From positions 304,496 to 368,495 of the forward strand of contig CALWNC010000001.1 in the NCBI GenBank assembly GCA_944382715.1: DNA of 64,000 bases. Reading direction: 5' to 3'. Below, one piece after another: positions 1 through 10,094 of this stretch. Within the stretch, counting starts at the first letter, position 1; each line of letters begins with the position of its first letter. The notes below the pieces were generated by a model, which saw nothing but the letters and a program-made list of their open reading frames with translations, had not been told where the DNA came from and searched no databases. This DNA is from an uncultured Clostridia bacterium. Lineage in GTDB: Bacteria; Bacillota; Clostridia; Christensenellales; UBA1242. Made by a program: the position numbers and the translations under genes.

Positions 1-297
1 ATATCTAAGTTTATCTTTTTCTCTCCAAAGCACATTTTGATTCTTACAGGGAACAGCAATTTCTAATTTTATGTGTGGATATTTTGATTTTAATTTTAAA
101 ACAACCTCAGCAAAGTCCATATCAACACCAACAGCCCCACCAGAAATAAAATAACTATATCCACTTTTAATTGCATCAATAATTCTTCTTACAAGCTCGT
201 CATAGTAAAAAAAATACTCCAAATTTTCCGTATTCCCATAATCCATATATTTATTTAATGTTTGGGGTCTGTGCCCTGAAACTGATAATACTTTCAT
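1..297 (-). CDS. YpsA/DUF1273-like SLOG family protein (runs off window start)
   Basis: Hand translation from ATG at 297 with RBS AGGGG: MKVLSVSGHRPQ...YFISGGAVGVDMDFAEVVL...LEIAVPC; the GHRP and SGGAxGVD motifs are typical of the YpsA SLOG family. Confidence 0.75.
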   Translation of the reverse strand, partial: MKVLSVSGHRPQTLNKYMDYGNTENLEYFFYYDELVRRIIDAIKSGYSYFISGGAVGVDMDFAEVVLKLKSKYPHIKLEIAVPCKNQNVLWREKDKLRY

Positions 298-776
298 AAT
301 TCATTCCCCTTTATGGATAAAAATTTGTTTTAATCAAATTCACAAGTTAAAAGTTTCAGTGGAGCTTGTCAAATCAAAAAATTTTATCTTAACTTTTTAG
401 TTATAAAAATTTCAAAACCAAGATTATAAATAAAAATTTACATTAGATTTATTAAGTTGCAATAATTATATCTTCATTAGATTATTATAATTATATCATA
501 ATTATAGGCAAAGTAACATAGTTTTTACAACTTTATTATGAAAATAAAAAGCACTATAAAAGTCAAAACAAGACCTTTATAATGCTTTGAAAATAACCTT
601 AAGATCCCTTTTACTTTATAAATAAAAGCAGAGTGTTTAAGTAGTTAAATTTATTTTATATGATTTTCACTTTAGATATTATTCTATTATATGGAATTGT
701 TAATTTAATATATAAAAATTTTTAAATTTAACTTAAAACTCTAAAAAAACCATTCTATTAAAGAATGGTTTATATT

Positions 777-992
777 TTATTTTTTATATTTATTTAAAAA
801 TATTTCTTTAGCTTCATCACTTGCAGCCATATAATGATCAAGAAATTTTCCCAACTTTTCATCAAAATCTGATTGAATCTTTGCTGTTTCTTCTTGTTGA
901 ATTTTATTGTTTTCTGCACGAAGTTCTGAAAGTGAGATTTTCTCAATCTTTGGTTCATTTTCTGTAATCTCTGTTGCTGTTACTTTTTCCAT
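777..992 (-). CDS. small acidic hypothetical protein
   Basis: 71-aa ORF, AAGGAG RBS, co-oriented with neighbours, hairpin downstream at ~745-772. Confidence 0.6.
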   Translation of the reverse strand: MEKVTATEITENEPKIEKISLSELRAENNKIQQEETAKIQSDFDEKLGKFLDHYMAASDEAKEIFLNKYKK

Positions 993-1006
993 CTCTTTAC
1001 CACTCC

Positions 1007-1339
1007 TTATTTTTCATTTTCTGAATCTTCTTCTTCTGGGTAAAAACGCACTGAGCCATAAACTTCTTGTAGTGCTATCATTTGATTGATAAAATCAGGG
1101 TCGGTTTTGCAAAGGTCAGTAAGTTTTTGTAGTGTCACATCAGGATTGTCGTCCTCAGAAAAATTATCATCAATTTTTTGTATGAATTCTTGAACATCTT
1201 GGTCATTATCTGGAAGCATATCCACAGTTTGTGAATATGCGCTTGCACTCTCTAAAATGTCTAACTCTTCCTGTGTAAAATTTAATTCTTTCAACTCTTC
1301 GTCAGTGAATGGTAAAAAAGTTTGCTTATCATTCTCCAT
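1007..1339 (-). CDS. acidic hypothetical protein
   Basis: 110-aa ORF, GAGGG RBS, very D/E-rich. Confidence 0.65.
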   Translation of the reverse strand: MENDKQTFLPFTDEELKELNFTQEELDILESASAYSQTVDMLPDNDQDVQEFIQKIDDNFSEDDNPDVTLQKLTDLCKTDPDFINQMIALQEVYGSVRFYPEEEDSENEK

Positions 1340-1446
1340 AGATTTCCCTCTCTATATATTAGACTAATTTATAAACTATAATAACAATAATTTAAATAGG
1401 TTAAACTTTATAATTTTATATTGTTAATTAGTTTAATTTCACTCTC

Positions 1447-2643
1447 TTATTCGTCACCCTTTTCTGCAGCTCTTCCAGCCTCATCTCTTTTTACAGCTCT
1501 CTCTTTTGAAGCTTCTTGTTCAGCCATAATTCTTTGTACGATTTTATCAATTTCTTCTTCATTACCAGCCAATTCAGGTCTTACCTCAGAAATTCTTTTT
1601 TTCCAACCATCTAGTGTTGTTGGAATAACATTTCCTGCACGCCCACTACCAGCATCTAATATAATCTCTTTTGCTTCTCTATCTAATCTTGCAGCTTCTT
1701 CAACTTCATTTGCTCTCTTATCTGAATCTTCTAATCTTCTTTTTAATTCTTCATTCTCTGCAGTTATTTTAGAAACATCTTCTGTTTTCTTTTCTTCTGA
1801 CTCAGTTGTTGCACTTCCTGTTCCACCTGCTTCTGTTGCTTCTTCTTTTGTTGCTTCTTCTTCTCTCGTTGCTGCTGCACTTTCTCCCTTTCCTGCTGGT
1901 GTACTTGCTTCGCTAGCTTTTTCTTCTTTTCCTTCTTCAGGTTCTGCACCTGCATATGCTAGGTTGTTTGCTGCATTTACTTTCATTCGGTCTTCTCTTA
2001 TTCTTCTTGCTGTTCTTGTTGCTGACCTATCTATTGCTGGTACTATCTTTGATGCTGCTATTAATCCTGCTCCACCAAGTAATGCTACTAATGCTGCTGG
2101 GTTATTTTTCCACATTGCCTCTATTGCTATTTTTAATAATTGCATTAAACTCTTTCCTGCAACTGCACTTGTGATTTGTCCTGCTGCACCTAATCCTAGT
2201 GCTGTTACTCCAATACCAAGTGCCCACTTATCTAAGTTTGTGTTTCTGAGTTTATCTCTCATTCCATACTTGATATGTTTGTCTTTCCCGTTATACTCTT
2301 TTTCTCCTACATTTTTACCATTGATTTTTGCAATAGTTAACTGTGCAAGTGTGCCCTTTGCTTTAACAATTTCTTTTGTTTTTGGGTTGTTATAATAGTT
2401 TCTATGCCACTTTCTAATTTCAGCCTCTGATCTTTCATATTCGTCTAGTAGTTCTGTTAATTTTGCCTGTACTGCTGGCGAATTACCCGTCTCTCCAAGT
2501 TTTTTGTTAAGTACATCTTTTGCCGCTTTAATTTGTGGTATTGTTAAAAAATTAATTGATGTAAATTTTGAGCTTCTCGCTTTTGCTGTTTTAATAATTT
2601 TACCATCTTCTCTTAAATATTCATCATGTTTAACTTTTGGCAT
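1447..2643 (-). CDS. hypothetical membrane protein (basic N-terminus, two Gly/Ala-rich hydrophobic segments, acidic coiled-coil C-terminus)
   Basis: 398-aa ORF with AAGGAG RBS; no recognisable family. Confidence 0.7.
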   Translation of the reverse strand: MPKVKHDEYLREDGKIIKTAKARSSKFTSINFLTIPQIKAAKDVLNKKLGETGNSPAVQAKLTELLDEYERSEAEIRKWHRNYYNNPKTKEIVKAKGTLAQLTIAKINGKNVGEKEYNGKDKHIKYGMRDKLRNTNLDKWALGIGVTALGLGAAGQITSAVAGKSLMQLLKIAIEAMWKNNPAALVALLGGAGLIAASKIVPAIDRSATRTARRIREDRMKVNAANNLAYAGAEPEEGKEEKASEASTPAGKGESAAATREEEATKEEATEAGGTGSATTESEEKKTEDVSKITAENEELKRRLEDSDKRANEVEEAARLDREAKEIILDAGSGRAGNVIPTTLDGWKKRISEVRPELAGNEEEIDKIVQRIMAEQEASKERAVKRDEAGRAAEKGDE

Positions 2644-2912
2644 AATAAAAATCTCCTTTTTACTTAAATTTTAAAACTGATTTTATTATTTTTAGTTTGA
2701 TTTTATTATAAAAGATTTTTGTGGGTTAGTCAATATTATTTTTAATATTTTTATAAATAAATTTTTACTAAAAGTAATATGTATTTTTATAATTATTTTA
2801 TGTAGAAATAATTTTATTATGTGAAAATGAACTTCTGCAAGCAAGAATAATAAACTTATTGTAAAAATTTATTGAGTATGCTAAAATATATGCTGTTAAG
2901 GAGAAAAGAAAT

Positions 2913-3704
2913 ATGCAAAAGGGAATTAGTTATTTTTTTGGATATAAAAATATAAGTAAAGAAGAACGAGTAAAACTTATAAAAGATGGAGGATTTGACT
3001 GCGTAATAACAAGCCAAGATGAAAGATTTAATGAGCAAAACGGAGATATAAACTTTCAAGTAGAGTTATTTAAAAGATATGGTTTGAAGCTTTCATCACT
3101 ACATAATCAATATATTACAAGTGAACTTCCTAATTTTTGGCTAGATAACGAAATTGGTGACAAACTTGAAAGAAATTTAATAAAAGACCTTGAAACTGCA
3201 AAACAATTTGGTTTTAAGTGTGTTGTAGTACATATGATGGGCACATATAACGAAATTGGAAAAGAAAGATTGAAAAGAGTACTTTCAAAATGCGAAGAAC
3301 TTGATGTTCCAATAGCAATTGAAAACATTGACTACCAACACCCATTTATTGATATTTTCGAAAACTTTAATAGTCCATACCTTAAATTTTGTTATGATAG
3401 TGGTCACAACAATTGTTTTGATAAAGAATTTAATTATCTTGAAAAATATGGTGATAAGTTAATTTGCTTACACCTACATGACAATGATGGCACAGCAGAT
3501 CAACATACACTTGCAAGATTTGGGACGATTGATTGGGAAACACTCGCAAAAAAACTTGCAAAACTTGACCTGTCAAATGTTTCTCTTGACTACGAAATGT
3601 TGATGAAGGTTAATGGCAATGTAGATGCAAAGCAGTGTATACAAGAAACTAAAGAAATGGCAGACAAACTTGAAAGTGCAATAAAGAAATATCAAAATCA
3701 GTAA
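2913..3704 (+). CDS. sugar phosphate isomerase/epimerase (xylose isomerase-like TIM barrel, AP endonuclease 2 family)
   Basis: Metal-binding motifs IAIEN, CYDSGH, LHLHDN, DQH..G.IDW. Confidence 0.8.
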   Translation: MQKGISYFFGYKNISKEERVKLIKDGGFDCVITSQDERFNEQNGDINFQVELFKRYGLKLSSLHNQYITSELPNFWLDNEIGDKLERNLIKDLETAKQFGFKCVVVHMMGTYNEIGKERLKRVLSKCEELDVPIAIENIDYQHPFIDIFENFNSPYLKFCYDSGHNNCFDKEFNYLEKYGDKLICLHLHDNDGTADQHTLARFGTIDWETLAKKLAKLDLSNVSLDYEMLMKVNGNVDAKQCIQETKEMADKLESAIKKYQNQ

Positions 3705-3876
3705 AAAAAATAACAAAAATGTAATTAAATTACATTTTTTAAACAAAATCTACAAATTAAAAATTTATTTTTAAAATTTCACTTGCAATATAAATTGTCA
3801 CAACAATCATAGTATTAATTATTAATTTTAAAAATACGATTTTTATATAAAAATTTAGATAATAAATAAAAAACTC

Positions 3877-5355
3877 TTATAGCAAGTCATAAGAGTTTTT
3901 TTGTATTATATTTTTTTTCTTCTTCCAAGTTGATGGAATGAAAATTATAATCATTGGAAATATTTCAAGTCTTCCAAGAAGCATTAAGTAAGAGAGAAGA
4001 AATTTTGATCCAGAAGCAAGCGAGCCATAATTACCCAACGGACCAACTATTCCTATTCCAGGACCAGCATTATTAAAGGTAGCAATACAAGCTGACAAAG
4101 CAGTTTGCACATCTACAGCAGGATCCAATGATAATAATAAAGTTGATATTGCCAAGATAGTAACATAGATGCAAAAATAAAAATATAAACTATTTATAAA
4201 TGATTCATCTTGAACCTTTCCATCAATTTTTACATTCAAAACTTTTCTAGGGTTTGTAACTTGTAAAAGTTTTTGCTTAGACGACTTTACAAGCCCCACA
4301 ACTCGCGAAACCTTTAAACCACCAGCAGTTGAACCAGCACAACCCCCCATTACCATAATGAGTAGAAGCAAAGATTTTGAAAATGTAGGCCAATTATTAT
4401 AATCAGTATTTCCAAATCCACAACAAGATATAGACGATGAAACCTCAAAGGAGGCATACCGTAGTGCATTCCAAAAGCCACCAACCACATCAATAATATC
4501 TATCGTAACTAAAATTATTGATGCGAAAAATATAATTACAAAAGTCCAAAGTTCTTCATTTTTTATTGTAAGTAATATTTTGCCAGTAAATATTAAAAAG
4601 TAAACGGCAAAATTAATAGAAAAAATAAACATAAAGATTGTTATAACAATCTCAGCACCAAGATTCCCGTAAGAAGCAACACTTTGATTTTTTGGTGCTA
4701 ATCCACCTGTTCCCGCGGTAGAGAATGAAAGAGTACAAGCATCAAACCAATCAAGTCCTGTCAAAAGCAAACTTATGAAACATAAAATAGTTATTCCAAA
4801 ATATATTATGTAAGTTGCAATTGCAGTATTTTTAACTTTATTGGTCATCTTATTTCTACTAGGTCCCGTTGATTCTGCTCTTAAAAAGAAAATAGCATTA
4901 ATATTGCCATTAGATGAAATCGCAAGTATAAAAATTAAAATTCCAATTCCACCTAAAAAGTTTGTAAAACTCCTATAAAATAATATTCCCCTTGGCAGTG
5001 ACTCAATATCAACCAAAATTGTTGCACCAGTTGTGGTGATACCAGATATCATTTCAAAAAACGCATCAAAAAAATATGGTATGGCACCACTTATGATATA
5101 TAAAAGTGCACCAAGTAAACTAATAATTATCCAAGCAAGAGCAATTGAAACTATTGCTTCCTTTGAATATATCTCTAAGTCCTTTGGTTTTCTAAATGTA
5201 AATATAAAACCAATAGATTCTATAATCAAAATCGTCCAAATGAATGAGAGAAAATCCTCTCCATAGCCAATTGCAACAATCATAGGAATTAAAAGGGTCA
5301 AACCAAATAATTTTACCATACGGCCTATTGTGTAAAAAATCATTTTATAATTCAT
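3877..5355 (-). CDS. trkH: Trk potassium uptake membrane protein
   Basis: SGITTTGAT, GGCAGSTAGGLKVSR, NNAGPG and GRLEI motifs; adjacent to trkA. Confidence 0.92.
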   Translation of the reverse strand: MNYKMIFYTIGRMVKLFGLTLLIPMIVAIGYGEDFLSFIWTILIIESIGFIFTFRKPKDLEIYSKEAIVSIALAWIIISLLGALLYIISGAIPYFFDAFFEMISGITTTGATILVDIESLPRGILFYRSFTNFLGGIGILIFILAISSNGNINAIFFLRAESTGPSRNKMTNKVKNTAIATYIIYFGITILCFISLLLTGLDWFDACTLSFSTAGTGGLAPKNQSVASYGNLGAEIVITIFMFIFSINFAVYFLIFTGKILLTIKNEELWTFVIIFFASIILVTIDIIDVVGGFWNALRYASFEVSSSISCCGFGNTDYNNWPTFSKSLLLLIMVMGGCAGSTAGGLKVSRVVGLVKSSKQKLLQVTNPRKVLNVKIDGKVQDESFINSLYFYFCIYVTILAISTLLLSLDPAVDVQTALSACIATFNNAGPGIGIVGPLGNYGSLASGSKFLLSYLMLLGRLEIFPMIIIFIPSTWKKKKNIIQKNSYDLL

Positions 5356-5358
5356 ACA

Positions 5359-6714
5359 TTACCTCAATATGCCGTCCAAACTATTTACGCTAGATTTTGC
5401 ACAAACTATAACCTTATCATCTGCGTCAAAGTAGTCTTCTCCGCTTGGAATAATAATCTTACCTTTTCGTATAATACAGGCAATTAGCACTCCCGGTCTA
5501 ATTTTTAACTGTTTAATTTCTTTACTGACAAAGTCATCATTGCCATTTACATTAAACTCTAAGATTTCAAGTTTGTCGTCCATTGTCATTCTTAATTTTT
5601 CAATTGTATTTTCTTCTTTTGCCCTATTTGAGCGAATAAAATAAAGCACTTGATTTACTGTCACTTTTTTTGGGGAAATTTTGCCATTTAATTCAAGTTT
5701 ATCTAAAATTTCAACAAGTTTATCGTTATTTAATTTTGTAATGACAGTACCCACTCCGTTGGTTTTTGCAAAGAGTGAGATTAATATATTTTCTTCATCG
5801 TGACCAGTAAGTGTTAAGCATGCATCATAGGACTCTATACCTTCTTCTGCAAGAACTTGCTCATTTGTTCCGTCAGCTTGAACAATTTCAACATTACTAT
5901 TAAGTCTCTCAGCAAGTTCTTTGCAACGAATTGTGCTAGATTCTACAATCTTAACATCAACCCCTATATCAAATAATAAGTTTGAGAGATGGTATGAAAT
6001 TCGGCTTCCACCAACTATAAGCACCGACTTTACTCTTTTGTATGGTATTCCCATATTTTTAATAACGCTATCTATATTTTCAGGAGTTGATATAATATTG
6101 AGTACATCTCCAGCTAAAATTAGACTTTCACCATTCGGAATCTCTAAATTATCTTCTCTAAGTATCGCACCCACAATAATCTTAGAGTCATTATTTTCAA
6201 CAAATTCAGAAATGGTCTTATTCGCTGCAGGTGAACCTTCGGGGATTTTGACCTCAACTGAAATGACTCTACCTTTTTCAAAATATGATACTTCACTTGA
6301 GTATGGAAATCTAAGACGATAAAAAAGGTCTTTAGCAACTGCAAATTCAGGATTAACCAACATATCAATGCCAAAAAGGTCTCTCATAAGCTCAGCCTGC
6401 TCGGTGTAATCAGTATCACGAAATCTACAAATTGTTTTTTTTGCACCAAGTTCTTTTGCGACTTTACAACTAACAAAGTTTGTTTCATCATCGCCTGTTA
6501 CCGAAATATAGATGTTGCACTTATTGATATTTGCTTCTTTTAAGGTAACTGTAGAAGTACAGCTTCCACTCACTCCACCAACATCATATACATTAATTAT
6601 GCTATTAATAAGTTCTTTATTTTGGTCAATTACAGTAATGCTATGACCCTCTTTGCAAAGATATTTAATAATTGAAGTCCCAATCTTGCCACAACCTGCA
6701 ATTACAATTTTCAT
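5359..6714 (-). CDS. trkA: Trk potassium uptake NAD-binding (RCK) protein
   Basis: Two RCK_N/RCK_C units (IAGCGKIG; IVGGSRI), 451 aa. Confidence 0.92.
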   Translation of the reverse strand: MKIVIAGCGKIGTSIIKYLCKEGHSITVIDQNKELINSIINVYDVGGVSGSCTSTVTLKEANINKCNIYISVTGDDETNFVSCKVAKELGAKKTICRFRDTDYTEQAELMRDLFGIDMLVNPEFAVAKDLFYRLRFPYSSEVSYFEKGRVISVEVKIPEGSPAANKTISEFVENNDSKIIVGAILREDNLEIPNGESLILAGDVLNIISTPENIDSVIKNMGIPYKRVKSVLIVGGSRISYHLSNLLFDIGVDVKIVESSTIRCKELAERLNSNVEIVQADGTNEQVLAEEGIESYDACLTLTGHDEENILISLFAKTNGVGTVITKLNNDKLVEILDKLELNGKISPKKVTVNQVLYFIRSNRAKEENTIEKLRMTMDDKLEILEFNVNGNDDFVSKEIKQLKIRPGVLIACIIRKGKIIIPSGEDYFDADDKVIVCAKSSVNSLDGILR

Positions 6715-6783
6715 AGTATCTCCTTATGTTTATTAAAATAAATTTATTATTAATCTTAAAATCAACTTAAATTTTACTAAAAA

Positions 6784-6831
6784 TTAAATTGCGTTAGAGC
6801 ATAGTAATAATGTATGCCTAAAATTTTTCAT
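6784..6831 (-). CDS. putative 15-aa leader peptide upstream of trkA (MKNFRHTLLLCSNAI)
   Basis: GGGAG RBS 5 nt before the ATG; lies between a sigma-A-like promoter and trkA. Confidence 0.4.
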   Translation of the reverse strand: MKNFRHTLLLCSNAI

Positions 6832-6861
6832 ATAAACTCCCATTTTATTTTTATTTTCTTA

Positions 6862-6890
6862 ATAGTATCATTTTTTATTAAAAATTTCAA
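6862..6890 (-). promoter_or_regulatory. sigma-A-type promoter of the trk operon
   Basis: TTGAAA-17 bp-TACTAT on the minus strand. Confidence 0.55.
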
Positions 6891-7296
6891 TCATAAAGCA
6901 GTAATATTTCTAAATTCAATCAATTAAAATAAATTACTTTAAAGCAATTCACTTGAAAATTAGGTTATAAAATCACTACTAATAAATAGTTTTAACTTTT
7001 AGATAGATGAAAATTAAATACGACTAGAAATTTGTTTGCCTGCCTATTTTAATTTTATTATTGTGGAGCAAAATCAATGACATTCAAATTATTATAATTA
7101 ATTTTTTACTTACTAAATTTTCAATATTTTTTTCACAAAAAATGTCCTGCAGGTACGCAAGACACTTTTTTACTAACTAGCAATTGAATTTGCTCATTTA
7201 AAATTTAGAGTTATAAATTATTAAAGATGTGAAAATTAAAGCAGTGCTAATGAAAAATGCATTTAATATTAAACTTTAATTTTCATAAGAATTTTA

Positions 7297-8268
7297 TTAT
7301 TTTACATCATCAGCTTTTGGATTTGGAATTTTCTTTTGGTCTGAACTGGCTGGTTTGTGTGGTGGCTCTGGTGGAACAGGGCGAACCGTTTCGGCAAGTG
7401 AAGCAATGAGTCCCGTAACATCTTGTATATTTGATGGAACAATGATTTTTGTGCTTTTACCATCAGCAAGTGATTGAAGTGCCTCATATCCTTTAAGCGT
7501 TAGATATGCTGAACTTGGGTTTGCTTCGTTAATAAGTCTTATCGCTTCTGCCATACCTTGAGCTTCTTTTTCAAGAGATGCCTGATTTGCCTCTGCCTCT
7601 AATATTTGAGCTTCCTTATCAGCTTCTGCTCGTAAAATTTTACTTTGTTTTTCACCTTCTGCTACCAAAATCTTACTTTGCTTTTCACCTTCTGCCCTAA
7701 GTATTGCTTCTCTTCTTTCACGCTCTGCTCTCATCTGCTTTTCCATAGCTTCACGAATATCTTTTGGTGGCAAAATATTTTTAAGTTCAACTCTATTAAT
7801 TTTTATTCCCCAAACATCTGTTGCTTCGTCAAGAACAATACGCATTTTTTCGTTTACTGTATCACGAGAGGTTAATGTTTCATCAAGTTCAAGCTCACCA
7901 ACAATATTTCTAAGAGTGGTTGCAGTGAGATTTTCAATTGCACTCATTGGATCCTCAATTCCATAGATATATAATTTTGGATCTGTAACTTGATAGAAAA
8001 GAACTGTATCAATTTGCATAGTAACATTATCTTTTGTTATAACTGATTGTGGTGGAAAATCTGCAACAATTTCCTTTAATGAAATAACGGGACTTACCTT
8101 TTCAAAAATTGGAATTATAAAGTGCACACCACTATGAAGCACTCTACTAAATTTTCCAAGTCTTTCAACGACCCTTGCATTTGATTGTCGCACAAACTTG
8201 ATAGAAGTAAATGCGATAAAAAGTAAAATTACAATAACGACAATTGCAATAATTCCTAACTTAGTCAT
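7297..8268 (-). CDS. SPFH/band 7 (stomatin/QmcA-like) protein
   Basis: VVERLGKF, VITKDNV, LRNIVGELELDETL and MEKQMRAERERRE motifs. Confidence 0.92.
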   Translation of the reverse strand: MTKLGIIAIVVIVILLFIAFTSIKFVRQSNARVVERLGKFSRVLHSGVHFIIPIFEKVSPVISLKEIVADFPPQSVITKDNVTMQIDTVLFYQVTDPKLYIYGIEDPMSAIENLTATTLRNIVGELELDETLTSRDTVNEKMRIVLDEATDVWGIKINRVELKNILPPKDIREAMEKQMRAERERREAILRAEGEKQSKILVAEGEKQSKILRAEADKEAQILEAEANQASLEKEAQGMAEAIRLINEANPSSAYLTLKGYEALQSLADGKSTKIIVPSNIQDVTGLIASLAETVRPVPPEPPHKPASSDQKKIPNPKADDVK

Positions 8269-8692
8269 TTTTTATCTCCTTTTTAACTATAAATTTATTC
8301 CCTCTAACCTCTACAATTTGAACTTTTTCACCAGCCTCTATTTGTTCGCCATTTTCGGTCGTCACTCCCCAAACAACACCATTAAGTTTAATTTCACCAA
8401 GAGTTTCCAAACCTATTCCCTTTAATAGCGTGTGCGTTGTGCCAATGACTGTGTCTAGGTTAGTTTTTTCGTTGTTCTTTTTTAAGAGCCTTATAAATAT
8501 TGTTCTTAGACATGCAAGTAGTACTGTTGAAACAACTAAAAACACTATTATCTGTATGTTAATGCTAACATCGCAAAGTGCAAGTATAAAAGCCACTAAA
8601 CTTCCAAAGGTAAACCAAATTGAAGCGAGTTCAACGGTTACAATTTCAATAACAAGCGTTAAAATAAAAATTCCTGCCCATACCCAAATCAT
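8261..8692 (-). CDS. NfeD family membrane protein (SPFH partner)
   Basis: Hydrophobic N-half plus OB-fold C-terminus (GEIKLNGVVW...GEKVQIVEVRG); overlaps the SPFH gene. Confidence 0.88.
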   Translation of the reverse strand: MIWVWAGIFILTLVIEIVTVELASIWFTFGSLVAFILALCDVSINIQIIVFLVVSTVLLACLRTIFIRLLKKNNEKTNLDTVIGTTHTLLKGIGLETLGEIKLNGVVWGVTTENGEQIEAGEKVQIVEVRGNKFIVKKEIKND

Positions 8693-8996
8693 ATCAATTT
8701 CTCCTTTAATTACTTACATTATAAATGTATATGCTAAGTTTGTCAAATTAAGACAAAAAATAAATAATTTTATGTACAATTTTTTGATAAATGCAAGTTA
8801 GTTAATTAAAAATTCAAAAAGGGCTTTTCAAATCAATGAAAAACCTTTTTTTTATAGGATTAATTAAACTTTCGCATAACTTTCAGCTTATACCTGCTTT
8901 TTTCATTGTTTGCAGTATCTTTAACTTTTAAAATATAAAAATTACAAATTGTAAATTAAATATTAATTGATAAACAATTTATACAGTTTTATTTAA

Positions 8997-10028
8997 TTAT
9001 TTTTTAATTATAAAGTGAGATGAGCCACAATTTGGACACTCATCTTCTCCCTCTGGGAACTTTGTTCCACAATATTCACAGTAACGGCGTGATTGATTAA
9101 GTTCATCTTCTGCCTGCTGAGCTCGTGCCTGAGCCTCTTTAACTTCGGCTTGTTTTTTAGCCTCTTCCATTGCTTGTTGTTTTTTAGAATTTTTAATTAC
9201 CTTTACAAACGACAAGATAATAAGCGCTATTATTACAACTATAATTACAATCAAAATCACTGCAGAAGTGGTTGCAGTTTTTATTGAACTATTGCAAGCC
9301 TCCACTTGAGCCTCATAATAAGCCATATCCTCTGCATAAGTATTAACAAAGTCAGTTTCAACTGAATAGATGATCACTTCATTTCCATTAGTCACAATTT
9401 GATATGCTATAGTAAGAGAACTTGGAACATCAGAAGTACTATAATATAAAGACATAGTTTCGTCATAGTACAAATCGCCATCAACGGTAAAACTATAAAC
9501 TACTGAATAAGTTCTACTACCATAACTATTATAAACAACAAAACCTGTTCTTTGTCCATTTACACTTCCAGAATAACTATTCCTATCGAATGTGCCAGTT
9601 GTCTTGCCATATCCACTTTCACCATCGTTTGCCTTCTGAATAATATCAAGATAACTACTACTATACTCTTGGTATTCGGCAATTGTTTGTCTCCACTCTT
9701 CCCTGTCATTTTTGTACATACTTAAATTTCCAAAAACTGCAAAAGTTGAAACTAGCATTACAAGAAAGGCAACAAAACCACACATAAACCCAATTTGTCT
9801 GCCACTTGAAATAATAATTGGTCGTCCAAAAAACATAAATCTCATTGGTCCATGAAAAAGCCTTACGCCTGAAAAATAACCTCTTCTCTCTGGGCCTCTT
9901 GGACCATGTCCCCCTGGACCCCCTGGGTCACCCGGTTCACCGCCTCTTCTTGGACCACTTGGACCACCAAAGCCTCTTGTACGACCACCACCTTGTGAGC
10001 CTCCACCTGAAAAACCACGAATTGCCAT
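8997..10028 (-). CDS. membrane protein with Gly/Pro/Arg-rich N-terminus and C-terminal zinc ribbon
   Basis: Two TM segments; C-terminal CEYCG...CPNCGS; GGAG RBS. Confidence 0.75.
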   Translation of the reverse strand: MAIRGFSGGGSQGGGRTRGFGGPSGPRRGGEPGDPGGPGGHGPRGPERRGYFSGVRLFHGPMRFMFFGRPIIISSGRQIGFMCGFVAFLVMLVSTFAVFGNLSMYKNDREEWRQTIAEYQEYSSSYLDIIQKANDGESGYGKTTGTFDRNSYSGSVNGQRTGFVVYNSYGSRTYSVVYSFTVDGDLYYDETMSLYYSTSDVPSSLTIAYQIVTNGNEVIIYSVETDFVNTYAEDMAYYEAQVEACNSSIKTATTSAVILIVIIVVIIALIILSFVKVIKNSKKQQAMEEAKKQAEVKEAQARAQQAEDELNQSRRYCEYCGTKFPEGEDECPNCGSSHFIIKK

Positions 10029-10094
10029 AATTATCTCCTATTATTTAACTTTTTGTTTACTATATTTTACTTATATCTACTTGTATATTATTGA

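Noticed and set aside
1421-2395. 324-aa plus-strand ORF and the many other antisense or nested ORFs in the track (e.g. 5921-6322, 23968-24330, 53732-54151, 62263-62697)
   Set aside because: Shadow frames of well-supported genes; no RBS, and composition mirrors the real gene
6720-7290. c-di-AMP (ydaO) riboswitch upstream of trkA
   Set aside because: No GCTGAATC/GGGGA consensus; the region is AT-rich with only a terminator-like hairpin at ~7138-7171
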